Below are positions 47,949 through 59,500 of a DNA stretch of 64,000 nucleotides, in pieces; the first letter of the stretch is position 1, and the number at the start of each line of letters is the position of its first letter. The stretch covers positions 120,413-184,412 of the forward strand of contig JABHYY010000018.1 of NCBI GenBank assembly GCA_018653605.1. Direction: 5' to 3'. A program made the translations under genes and the position numbers. The DNA comes from an archaeon (GTDB lineage: Archaea > Nanobdellota > Nanobdellia > SCGC-AAA011-G17 > GW2011-AR17). Below the pieces are notes generated by a model. That model saw only the letters and a list, made by a program, of their open reading frames with translations. It searched no databases and was not told where the DNA came from.

Positions 47949-50900
47949 TTATTTCTTAAAAAATCTTAACTTTTTCTTAATCTCATTAATCTCACTATCT
48001 TCTTTAGAAATTTTAGACTTCAAACCATCTTGCCTAACTGCAAACTTCTTCTTAATATCACCTTGCTTTTGCTCAAACTTCCTTTTATTACTATAATTTT
48101 CAAAATTCTTTTTAACATTACTAAACACATTTCTCTTAGATCCACCCATCATACTCTCTCTTTCAAATTCAATTTTGTTTACAAACTTTCTTTTTTCAGT
48201 ATCCATTTTTAATTTCAAAGATGTTAACCTTTCAATATCTCTTCTTTTCTCATCCTCAAACTTATTTTCAAGTTCTTCCAACCTACCTTTTTGATCAATA
48301 ATCATATTTTGTAATCTTCTCTCATCCTCTTCCTTTTGCTTCTGTATAACCAACCTTCTCTTCTCTTCTTCTTCCTTCCTTCTTTGAATTTTAGCTTCCT
48401 TCTCTTTTCTCTCTTTTTCTCTTTGCATCTCCCTATACTTTTTCCCAATACCAACATAAGCACCAATAATAGAATTCCTGACATCCCTTCTAAACTTCTT
48501 AACTGCCTTTTTCCTTCTTTCTTTTCTCTTAAGAGCATCAAACCTTGCCTTCTTCTTCTCTTCTTCTCTTTTTTTAGCAGCTTCCATATCCAACCTAACC
48601 TTCTCCTTCTTCTCTTCTTTCTCTTTCCTCTCTTTCTCTTTTTCTTCTCTCTCCTTCTCTCTCTCTTCCTTTATTTCTCTTTTCTCTTCAGCTTTCTCTT
48701 CTTTTAATTTTATTATTTCTTTTTCTTTCTCTTCCTTTATTTCTTTAATCTCCTCAACTTTCTCTTCTCTTAACTTTCTTTGTTCTTCCTCTTTCTTCTC
48801 TTTCAACTCTCTTCTTTCCTTATCCTTTTCCTCTCTCATCTCCTTTTTTGCTATCTTAATTCTTTCCTTCTCAGCTTTTCTCCTTGCCTTCTCTTCAATT
48901 CTCCTTCTCTTTCTCTCCTCTTTCCTTCTCCTTCTCTCTTCTCTAATAGCAAACCTTTCTTGTTTTAATTTTTCAAGTCTTTCTTGCCTCTCATTCTCTT
49001 TTTTCTCTTTTTTTACTTTCTTTTCTTCAAGAAGTTCAGCCTTTTTCTTATCACTCTCTTCCCTACTTTTCTCTCTCTCTTCTAACATTTTTTGCTTAAG
49101 AACAATTTCCTTCTCTTCAACACCTTTTAATTCTTTCAACCTTTTTCTTTCTAACAATTCTTTCTTTCTTTCAAAACTAGCTTTTGCCATTCTTTTCTTC
49201 CAACCAACATACCATCTTCTTACAGGAGCATAGGCTTTGGATAAAAAAGAACGCATAGCTTTCTTCCTTTTTGCTTCCAACATCTTTTTCTTAAGAGCAT
49301 CTTCTTTTTCTTCAACATGTTTTAATTGTTTTAACTTTTTACTCTCTAATTGATCTTTTTTCTTTTCAGCTTCAGCTTTTGCTTTTCTTTTCTTACTATG
49401 AGCACGCCATTTTTTTATTGGATTAAAAACTTTAACAATATGCATAAACAAGGCATGATTAACACTCTTACAATCTTTCTTAAAACCTTTAATTCTCAAT
49501 CTTAAACTCTTTTTCTTAGACTCAATCTTCTTAGAATGCCTTCTTGGAATAATAACTCTCAAATAAGCCTGGATAAAGAATATGAAATAAGTTAACACAA
49601 ACAAGAATAATAATATTACAATCAAACCAACTAACCAACAAGTAGGATTTGTCCATGAACAGAAAGCAAAGCTAGACTGTAAACCTGGAGAAGCTTCAAC
49701 AACATCAAACACATAAGATGAAGTTCCAGTTGATCCAACATAAGAAGCTATAGCACCAAAAACATAAGTACCAGTTCTAAAATCAGCAGGGAAATCAATA
49801 GTTTTAATAAAAGAAACTTGAGAATCAACAACAACAGTTTCAGTTTCACTATATAAACTGTTTCCATTTAAATCTTTAACAAAATATTCAACATCAATAC
49901 TTAAAGCATCTTCATCCATTAAATTGTACATCCTAACTGTTGGATTAATTTCCATTCCAGGAACAACATCAACAGTAGGAAAGTTAATATTCATATCAAA
50001 CAACACTTCACTACTTTCAACCTCAACAACAACAGGAAGCAGATCAGTAGAATCAACAGTATCAACATCAACACTACCAATATAAATTCCAGGCAAATAC
50101 TCAATATCATCAATAGCACTATTAAATTGCATTGTAACAACTTTAGTCTGGCCAGGAGTTAACTCAAAATCAGTATCAGACAAACTAAGTATTTCACCAA
50201 AGTTAGAACCAAGATTAACACTTTCAGTCGTATCACCTGTGTTCATCACCCTAAACTCACTCTCAAGCGATTCTTGCTCATTCAATAAAACTTTAATCAT
50301 GATCTGATCAATCTCTAAATCACTAGTAGAAACATCAGAACCAGGAGATAACCCTATATTAGAAACAAACAACACCCCAACAAGAGTTAAAATTAAAGCA
50401 AGCAATACAAAGAATAAAGGAACAATCCTAAAGGCAGTCTTGTGCTTCTTAGCTTCTTTTGCCTCTTTCTTTTCTTTCCACCTTTGTTTTAACTTTCTCT
50501 TTTTTCTCCAAGCAACAAAAGGATTTCTAATAGCATTATAAATTTTCTTGTAAACTCCAAAAATACTAAACAATGATTTAAAATAATTTTTAATATTCTT
50601 TCTCTTTTGCCTTTTCCTAGACATAATTAATTTTCTTTTATCTTTCAAATATTTTTCTTTATCAGATAACTTTCTCAATCTAGCCTTCTCTTTTTTACTT
50701 TCCTCAACAGCCTCTCTTCTAAGATCAGCAGGAGTCTTAAACAAACCAAATATTCTAAAAATAGACTTAAATCCATCAATTCTAGCTCTTCTACGAACTT
50801 CTTTTAATTTTTTCTCCTCTCTTAAGAATTTTAATTTAACAGAAATATCCTTCAATTCGTTTTGATGCCTTCTTTTATCAGCAGTTGCCTCTTTCCTAAT

Positions 50901-52304
50901 CTCATCTTTAGTTTTGAAAAACCCTAAGAAATGGAAAAATCCCTTTACCAAAGAATCTCTTTTCCTCTTCTTCAACCTATGCTTTAACTCCCTTTTCCTT
51001 TCAAGTAAATGCTTCAACTCTTTTTCTTTTTTCAATTTAAGAATCTGTGACTTAACTCTTTTTTCTCTCATATTAGCTAAAACTTTCTTAAAAGAAGAGA
51101 TAGCTTTTGAAGAATAATGTGCAATTATAGACAATACTAAAATAATTACAATACCCAAAATAAGGAAATAAATCTGTACAGGAACAGAAGAAAACAATGC
51201 AGTTAAATTAATAGAAACATCAGCTCTAAATATATAAACAATCAAAGCAATAACCAAAACAAACAAAACAAGAATCAAATAATGAATAAGTTTAAACCTT
51301 TCTTTACTCTTAACTTTATCAACAGTTCTTCTATAAACTTCCTTAGGCTTCAAAACAACAAGCTCATGTAAGTAAGCTCTGAAGTACAACACAACATAAC
51401 TCAACACAAATAAGAATAATAAAGCTAAAATGAAAAATATCAACCAACAAGAAGGATTACCTGAAGAACAAAAACCAGCACTAGCCTGAACAACCTCTTC
51501 TTCTTCCTCACCAACAACATCAAACACATAAGATGAAGTACCAGTTGATCCAGCATAAGATGCAACAGCACCAAAAACATAAGTTCCAACCCTAAAAGTT
51601 TCAGGAATTTCTATTGTTTTAGTGAAGGACACTTGATTATCAACTACAACAGTTTCAGTTTCAGAAAAAAATGTATTTCCATCCAAATCTTTTACAAAAT
51701 AATCCATTGTAATACTCATAGCAGTTTGATCCATCAGATTATATAATCTTACAGTTGGATTAATTTCATCACCAGGATCAACTGTAGTATCAGGAAAATT
51801 AATATTCATATCAAAAAGAACTTCAGTACTCTCAACTTCAATAACAACAGGAATTGTTTCTACATCACCTTCACTTTCAATTTCAACACTTCCAATATAG
51901 ATTCCAGGAATATATTCTATATTGTTTTCTTCAATAATACTATCAAATATAATGCTCACAACTTTAGTTTGCCCAGAAGACAACTCAAAACTACTTTCAG
52001 AAAAAGTTAAAATCCCTCCCAACCCAGAACTCAAAGAAATACTCTTAACACCATCACCAGTGTTCATAACTCTTAATTCTCTAGTTAAACTTTCACCATC
52101 ATTTAATAAAAGTTTGAATATTGCTTGATCAACTTCAACCTCATGAGCAACAACCTCAGGCTCACTAGTTAAATTCATATTAAACACAAAAAATACACCA
52201 ATCAAGATTAGAACAAGTACTAGGATTACAAAGAATAATGGGACTAATTTATTTATATGACTATTTCTATTACTGCTTTGCCTCTTTTGGGTCACCAATT
52301 CCAC
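47949..52304 (-). CDS. Surface protein built from two tandem copies of a signal-anchor + two-beta-domain + TM module, with a ~500-aa E/K/R-rich C-terminal tail
   Basis: Residues ~20-330 and ~620-910 are paralogous (for example DQAIFKLLLNDGESL...FDMNINFPD and DQIMIKVLLNEQESL...FDMNINFPT). Each is followed by a TM helix and a KR-rich stretch. The last ~500 aa are almost pure E/K/R. Confidence 0.55.
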   Translation of the reverse strand: MELVTQKRQSSNRNSHINKLVPLFFVILVLVLILIGVFFVFNMNLTSEPEVVAHEVEVDQAIFKLLLNDGESLTRELRVMNTGDGVKSISLSSGLGGILTFSESSFELSSGQTKVVSIIFDSIIEENNIEYIPGIYIGSVEIESEGDVETIPVVIEVESTEVLFDMNINFPDTTVDPGDEINPTVRLYNLMDQTAMSITMDYFVKDLDGNTFFSETETVVVDNQVSFTKTIEIPETFRVGTYVFGAVASYAGSTGTSSYVFDVVGEEEEEVVQASAGFCSSGNPSCWLIFFILALLFLFVLSYVVLYFRAYLHELVVLKPKEVYRRTVDKVKSKERFKLIHYLILVLFVLVIALIVYIFRADVSINLTALFSSVPVQIYFLILGIVIILVLSIIAHYSSKAISSFKKVLANMREKRVKSQILKLKKEKELKHLLERKRELKHRLKKRKRDSLVKGFFHFLGFFKTKDEIRKEATADKRRHQNELKDISVKLKFLREEKKLKEVRRRARIDGFKSIFRIFGLFKTPADLRREAVEESKKEKARLRKLSDKEKYLKDKRKLIMSRKRQKRKNIKNYFKSLFSIFGVYKKIYNAIRNPFVAWRKKRKLKQRWKEKKEAKEAKKHKTAFRIVPLFFVLLALILTLVGVLFVSNIGLSPGSDVSTSDLEIDQIMIKVLLNEQESLESEFRVMNTGDTTESVNLGSNFGEILSLSDTDFELTPGQTKVVTMQFNSAIDDIEYLPGIYIGSVDVDTVDSTDLLPVVVEVESSEVLFDMNINFPTVDVVPGMEINPTVRMYNLMDEDALSIDVEYFVKDLNGNSLYSETETVVVDSQVSFIKTIDFPADFRTGTYVFGAIASYVGSTGTSSYVFDVVEASPGLQSSFAFCSWTNPTCWLVGLIVILLFLFVLTYFIFFIQAYLRVIIPRRHSKKIESKKKSLRLRIKGFKKDCKSVNHALFMHIVKVFNPIKKWRAHSKKRKAKAEAEKKKDQLESKKLKQLKHVEEKEDALKKKMLEAKRKKAMRSFLSKAYAPVRRWYVGWKKRMAKASFERKKELLERKRLKELKGVEEKEIVLKQKMLEEREKSREESDKKKAELLEEKKVKKEKKENERQERLEKLKQERFAIREERRRRKEERKRRRIEEKARRKAEKERIKIAKKEMREEKDKERRELKEKKEEEQRKLREEKVEEIKEIKEEKEKEIIKLKEEKAEEKREIKEEREKEREEKEKERKEKEEKKEKVRLDMEAAKKREEEKKKARFDALKRKERRKKAVKKFRRDVRNSIIGAYVGIGKKYREMQREKERKEKEAKIQRRKEEEEKRRLVIQKQKEEDERRLQNMIIDQKGRLEELENKFEDEKRRDIERLTSLKLKMDTEKRKFVNKIEFERESMMGGSKRNVFSNVKKNFENYSNKRKFEQKQGDIKKKFAVRQDGLKSKISKEDSEINEIKKKLRFFKK
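48300..49160. repeat. About 0.9 kb polypyrimidine (plus-strand CT-rich) low-complexity tract
   Basis: The plus strand here is almost exclusively c/t (ctcttcttccttcc...), because it is the reverse complement of GAA/AAG/AGA codons encoding the ER/K tail. Confidence 0.8.
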
Positions 52305-52387
52305 CTCTTTTAATTAATTATAAACCAAATACAAGCATTCTATGTTTATAAAACTTATCTTCCAACTATATCTTCCAATTAATTAGT

Positions 52388-53527
52388 TTAGAATAACTTA
52401 TTTTTTCTAAATTTTGCTTTTAATTCCTTTTCTAGCTCTGATCTAACCTCTTTCTGTGTTTTACTTTGCCAGAAATCTAACTTTTTTTCCATTTCTTTAA
52501 CAGATTTCAACCCTTTCAAAGCCTTAGTTTGCTTAAACTGCCTTCTCTTCAACTTCTGCAACTCTTTCTTAATCATCAATTCATAGTCTTTTTTAACCTT
52601 CTTTGAACCTCTTGCTTTCTTCAAAGCTACTTTCTCTTCTTTCTCTAAATCCTTCAAAGAAAATTTATACTCCAAAGAATGTTGTCTAGACAACTCAGCT
52701 AACAACCTATTCCTTTCACCAACAGTTCTCAAAAATAAAATCAAAATTACAACCAAAAAAAGAAGAATTGCAACAGAAATAATCCCTGTATAAACCATAT
52801 TATTTTCTGAATAAGAAACTTTTTTATCAACTACACTAAAGAAATCACTAGCAGTTCCAAAAGACTCTTCATTCTCAACAAGAACAATAAAAACATAATC
52901 ACCTAAATTAACATCACTAGGCAAATTAAAACTTTTTGTAATAGAAATATCAGTTCCAACAACAATACTTTCACTCTCGGTAAACAACACTTCAGAATCT
53001 AAATTTTGAATCTGATAAGTCACATCCAAAGTATGATCTTTAGTATCTTTAACATTAACAATTCTAACAGAAGAAACAAAATCATTACCAGGAACAACTT
53101 CCTTATAATTATGTGAAACATCTAAGTTAGGAACAAAATAAACATTTTGTGTTTGAACCTCAATAACAATAGGAACCATCTCAGAAGTAACCCCAGTAGA
53201 GACAGATAAATAACCAACATAAACTCCAGCTTCAACATCAACAGCATTAAAACTTAGTTCCACAACCCTCTCTTCACCCTTACTCAAACTAAACTCACTC
53301 TCACTTAAAGCAAAAAAATCAAACCCTACAACATCAACACTATAACTAGTATCAGTAAAACTTTCTATAGTAATATCCTGACTAATTTCCTCACCCTGCT
53401 TAACAACTGACTTCAAAAGAAAAATATCAACCTCAAATTCTTCATTACAAACTAAACATAAACTTAGAACAATCAACAAAATAAACAAAACTACTCCAAT
53501 CAAACCAAGAATATACCTCTTTTTCAT
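52388..53527 (-). CDS. Surface protein with signal-anchor + two-beta-domain module + TM + KR-rich tail
   Basis: A single copy of the module shared with 47949-52304 and with the C-terminus of the giant protein (FNAVDVEAGVYVGYLSV...; FVPNLDVSHNY...). Confidence 0.55.
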   Translation of the reverse strand: MKKRYILGLIGVVLFILLIVLSLCLVCNEEFEVDIFLLKSVVKQGEEISQDITIESFTDTSYSVDVVGFDFFALSESEFSLSKGEERVVELSFNAVDVEAGVYVGYLSVSTGVTSEMVPIVIEVQTQNVYFVPNLDVSHNYKEVVPGNDFVSSVRIVNVKDTKDHTLDVTYQIQNLDSEVLFTESESIVVGTDISITKSFNLPSDVNLGDYVFIVLVENEESFGTASDFFSVVDKKVSYSENNMVYTGIISVAILLFLVVILILFLRTVGERNRLLAELSRQHSLEYKFSLKDLEKEEKVALKKARGSKKVKKDYELMIKKELQKLKRRQFKQTKALKGLKSVKEMEKKLDFWQSKTQKEVRSELEKELKAKFRKNKLF

Positions 53528-53531
53528 TTAT

Positions 53532-56500
53532 TTATCTAAAGGGTAAGAGCTTTTTATACTTTACGATTACTATAATCAAGAATATAAGTACAACAACACT
53601 CAAAGTTAAAGTTAAAATCCACTGTGATTCTGATAACTCTGTATCTACAACAGCAAACTGTTCACTCGCAGTTGCAACACCACCAGAGTAAACAACCTCA
53701 GCACCATACACATAATCACCAACAGGTAAACCACTAATATCCAACTCTTTGTTAAACAATGCTTGTTCAAACACAGCAATTGTATCACTTTCTGTTAACA
53801 AAGTGTTACCATAAAAATCCTTAACAACATAATTCAAAGTAACATCCTCTTTCTGTTGGAACCCTGCTTGTAATAAGAAAATTTGGCCAGTAATTTTATC
53901 ACCAGGTGCAATCCTTTTATCAAACAAGTTTACATTAATATCAAACAAACTTTTTTCAGACTGAACATTAATTGAAACAGGAATATTAAACACTTCATTA
54001 CCATAATACAACTTAATAGTACCAGCAAACACACCAGTTTCAGTCGGCACTAAATTAAAACTAATGCTTCTTGATTCACCTGGCTGTAAAGTTATTACAC
54101 TGCCTTCAATGTCCAGAATATCCAAGCCAATTAATTCAATAGTAACTTCAATAGGGACTAACAAATTATTATTTATTTCAAATGAATCACTTGTTATAAA
54201 TCCTTTAACAGCACTAAAATCAAATGAATATTCATCAACTGAAAAAGATTGAACAGGGATTTCTGGTGCCCTAATTATACTTTCATTTTCATCATCATCT
54301 TTACTGGATCCTCCACCGCCTCCACCACCACCGCCACCAACAGCAGCAGCCTCTTCCTCTTCAGCAGCAACAGCAACAATAGTAACACTCAAATTATCAC
54401 TCCAAGAACTCCAACCATTACCATCATAAATTCTTACAGACAAACTCCAAACATCTCCACCAGTCAAATTAGCAGAAGCAACAGTTGTAGAATTTAACAA
54501 CCCACTCTGTAAAGCATCATCTTTTGACCACCTAGTTTCATTCAAAACCTGACTATCTCCATCAATATCACTAAAAGTCCAAGAACTTTGTAAATTTCCA
54601 CTAGTTAAATTCTCATCAGAACTGGAGTTCATTGTAACAACAAAACTTGGCAAACTATTCAAAACAGTTAAAGAGTTAGTCCAAACAGTAGCACCATCAA
54701 CAAACCCATCATTAGGTGTAACAGAAGCATTCCAAACATCACCACCACCAATCTCTTCAGCAACAATAACATTATCACTAGCATATATAGCTCTAACTTG
54801 TTCAACACTTAAACTTTGATTAAAAATCATAACTTCATCAAGAGACCCATTAAACTCAAACCTAGAATAACCATAAATATAAGAACCAATACAAAGTTCT
54901 TCACCAGTAGCATTAAACCCATCCATAACACCAGAAAGAGTTATTGATAAAGCATCACCATCAAAATAAAGACTATAATTATATCCTTCAGTATAAACAG
55001 CAGCAACATGATGCCAACCACCATCACTAAACCCTACACTATTAACATAACCAGCACCACCAACATCACCAAAATAAAGCCTATCATTACTAGCCTGATA
55101 ACCAACATAATACCCTTTATTATTACCAACTCTACCATTTGAAACCATTTTCCTTTCTTCAGTATCACTCACAGGAGCTAAATTTTTCATCCAAAAAACA
55201 ATTGAAAAATTTTCATCCTCAAAATCATACCTTCCATCATTTGGAACAGCTATATAATCTTCATAAAACACATAAGCACCTGACCCATCATAACCACCAC
55301 TTTGATTCCAAACAGGTTTAAATTCAAAAGTAGCATTACCTAAAGTACCATTATTACTATACTCAGAATAATCCTTAACACCACTAGAATTATCTTCACT
55401 TCCATTAATATCAAAAGGCATATTTAGCACAGTAAGAGAAGCACCATCTTTGTACCAATTAACAATATTTTTAACACTATCACTATCAACATCAGAAGAA
55501 TAATTATACAAAGTAATATTATCAGTTGTAATATTGGTTCCACTAAAATTCAAACTAGGCACACCTTGGTAAGGAGGAGCATTCAAAGTTGTAACACTTA
55601 AATTGTCAATCCAACCACCCCAAGAAGTCCCATCAAAAACTCTAACAGAAAAATTCCAAACTTCTTCTTTACTAACATTACCTTCAGTAACACTTGTAGA
55701 ATTTAACAAACTACTCTGCAAAGCACTATCCTTAAACCACCTAGTCTCATTCAAAACTTCACTATCACTATCTAAATCACTAAAAGTCCAAGAAGTTTGT
55801 AAAGTGGAATTACTATAATTAGTAGAACTAGTTGCATTCATAGCAAAGTTAGTAACATAAGGAGCAGGATTATCCAAAGTAACACTAACATTAGAACTCC
55901 AACCACTCCAAGAAGTACCATCATAAACTCTTATACTAAGATTCCAAACTTCACCACCAGTTAAATTGCCTGCAACAACATTTGTTGAATTAATAATCTG
56001 TAAAGCACCATCTTTAAACCAACGAGTCTCATTCAAAACCTGACTATCACTATCCAAATCATTGAAAGTCCAAGAACTTTGTAAAGTGGAATTACTATAA
56101 TTGTTAACACTTGTAGAATTCATTACTAAATTAGTAACATAAGGAGCAGGATTACTCAAAGTAACACTAACATTACTACTCCAACCACTCCAAGAAGTAC
56201 CATCATAAACTCTAATACTTAAATTCCAAACCTCACCACCAGTTAAATTTCCTGCAACAATAGTAGTAAAATTTAACAAACCACTCTGTAAAGAACCATC
56301 CTTAAACCAACGAGTCTCATTCAAAACTTGGCTATCACTATCCAAATCATTGAAAGTCCAAGAACTTTGTAAAGTTCCATTACTATAATTATTAACACTT
56401 GTTGAATTCATAACCAAATTAGTAATATAAGGAGCAGGATTACCCAAGGTAACACTAACATTACTACTCCAAGAACTCCAAACAGTACCATCATAAACTC

Positions 56501-59500
56501 TAATAGACAAGTTCCAAACTTCACCGCCAGTTAAATTCCCTAAAGCAACATCAGTAGAATTTAACAAACCACTCTGTAAAGCACCATCCTTAAACCAACG
56601 AGTCTCATTCAAAACTTGGCTATCAGCATCAGCATCTCCAAAATCCCAAGAACTTTGCAAAGTACCATTACTGTAATTATTAACACTAGTTGAATTCATT
56701 GTAATGTTACCAACAGTAGGAGCAGAATTTGAAATAGTTAAAGAATTAGACCAAACAGAAGCACCATCAATTAAACCATCATTAGGTGTAATTGTAACAT
56801 TCCAAACATCATCAGAAGAAATTTCTTGTGAAACAATCTTGTTAGTTTGATTCATATAAAGAGCTTCAACTTGTTCAGCTGACAAACTTCTATTCCAAAC
56901 CATAACTTCATCTATTGTTCCATTAAACTCATAAGTATAATCTCTAGTCCCAACATGAAATTTACTTGTACTCCCTTCAATAGAAGAAATAGTTGAAGTT
57001 GTTTCTGTACTTAAATTACCATTTCTATACATTTTCATTCCATTAGTATTAGTAGTTCCATCCCATGTTGCAACAATATGAACCCATGTATTCAAAGGAA
57101 CATCTGTAGTATCTGTTGCTTGAGTTCCAGTAGAAGAATCTGCAATTATAAAAATTGGATCTCTACTAAACAACCCAATATAATAATCAACATCAGAATA
57201 AGGCCCTAAATCTTCATCTAATTTCCCAGCAATATGTGAATGATCAGAAGGTCCATAACCTTTTATATAAATCCAAGAAGAAATACTAATAGGACCAGTA
57301 ATATTCAAACTAGAAGACCAACTAACATTTATTGAATCTGCATTTCCATCAAACTCATAAGCACCAAAACCATCATAGCCACCAGTGCTATTCCAAGTAG
57401 CACCTATATTAGTTCCATTATTACCATACCCAGAATAATCTTTTCCACCCTCATCACTACCATTATTTTCAAAAGGAATATTCAACACAGTAGTACTATT
57501 CCCATTTAGATACCAATTATAAACATTCTTAACATTATCACTATCAGCGTCAGCAGTACTTACATTATACACAGTTAAATTATCACTAGTAGTATTACTA
57601 CTAGTTGTAGCATTCAAAATAGGTGTTCCTTGTGTAGGAGCACTATTCAAAATAGTAACAGAGTTAGACCAAACAGTAGCACCATCAATCAAACCATCGT
57701 TAGGTGTAACAGTAGCATTCCAAACATCACCTTTAGAAGTTTCTTGAGAAACCATTTTATTACTCTGATTCATATAAAGAGCTCTAACTTGCTCAGCAGA
57801 GAGACTATGATTAAAAACCATTACCTCATCAATACTTCCATTATAATCTCTAGCACCATTCCCATTTAAACCAATAAGTAATTCTTTGGTAGTATTTATG
57901 TCACCAATACTTGATATATCAGAACTTACATCAAATGCTCCATCAACATATATACTCATATCTGCATCTCTATCAAAAGTAACAGAAACATGATGCCAAG
58001 TACCATCAGCTACTGTTACAGTTCCAACCTTAAAAACTTCATCAAATTCAGTATCAGAAATCTCACAATAAACTTTATCAGTTCCTGCATTACTACAAAA
58101 AAATCCAGGAGCACTACTCAAACCATTCCTTTTAGAGATTACATCTTCACCAACACCATCATCATCATTTATCCAATAAGATAAAGAAAAGTCAGTAAAA
58201 TTCCCAAAATCAAATTTATTATTATCAGATACAACAATCTTATCATTCACTCCATCAAACTCATAAGCACCAAAACCATCATAACCACCAGTGCTATTCC
58301 AAGTAGCACCTGCTTTAGTACCATTATTCTCATAACCGGAATAATCTTTTCCACCTTCATCACTACCATTATTTTCAAAAGGCATGTTCAACACAGTAAT
58401 ACTTGTTCCATTCTTATACCAATTAATAATATTCTTCACAGCACCACCATCAGCGTCAGCAGTACTTACATTATATACAGTCAAATTAGCACTAGTTAAA
58501 TTTGCACTTGTGGTAGCATTCAAAACAGGAGTTCCTTGATGAGGTGCAGAATTTAAAATACTAATACTAACATTATAACTCCAACCACTCCAAGAAGTAC
58601 CATCATAAAGACGAACAGACAAATTCCAAACCTCAGCACCAGATAAATTCCCTGCAACAACAGTTGTAGAATTTAATAACCCACTTTGTAAAGCACCATC
58701 CTTAAACCATTTTGTTTCATTCAAAACTTGTGAATCACTATCCAAGTCACTAAAGGTCCAAGAACTTTGTAAAGTCCCATTACTATAATTGTTAGCATTA
58801 GTTGAATTCATAACTAAATTAGTAACATAAGGAGGTGGATTTCCAAGACTAATACTTACATTAGAACTCCAAGCACTCCAAACAGTTCCATCATAAACCC
58901 TAATACTAAGATTCCAAACTTCACCACCAGTTAAATTCCCTAAATCAACAGTTGTAGAATTTAAAACTTGCAAAATGCCATCTCTAAACCACCTAGTTTC
59001 ATTCAAAACTTGTGAATCAACATCAGCATCACCCATATCCCAAGAACTTTGCAAAGTACCATTACTATAATTGTTAGAACTAGTTGAATTCATTGTAATG
59101 TTTCCAACAGTTGGAGCAAAATTTGCAGCAACAACAGTAACTGAATTAGACCAAACAGTAGCACCATCAATAGTACCATCATTAGGTGTAATTGTAGCAT
59201 TCCAAACATCAGCTGCAGAAATTTCTTGTGAAACAATTACATTAGTTTGATTCATATAAATAGCTCTTACTTGTTCAGCAGATAAAGATCTATTCCAAAT
59301 CATAACTTCATCTATATTTCCACTAAATCTATGGGATGAATCTCCATCTCTAGAGCCAATATACAAGTCATTGTTAGTATCAGAAGTAGCAGATTGAATA
59401 GTACCAGTTACTGTTCCTCCTTCTTCAACACCATTTATATACATAGTTATGTTAGGTACTGATGTATCATATACCGCAGCCAAATGATACCAAGTATCTA

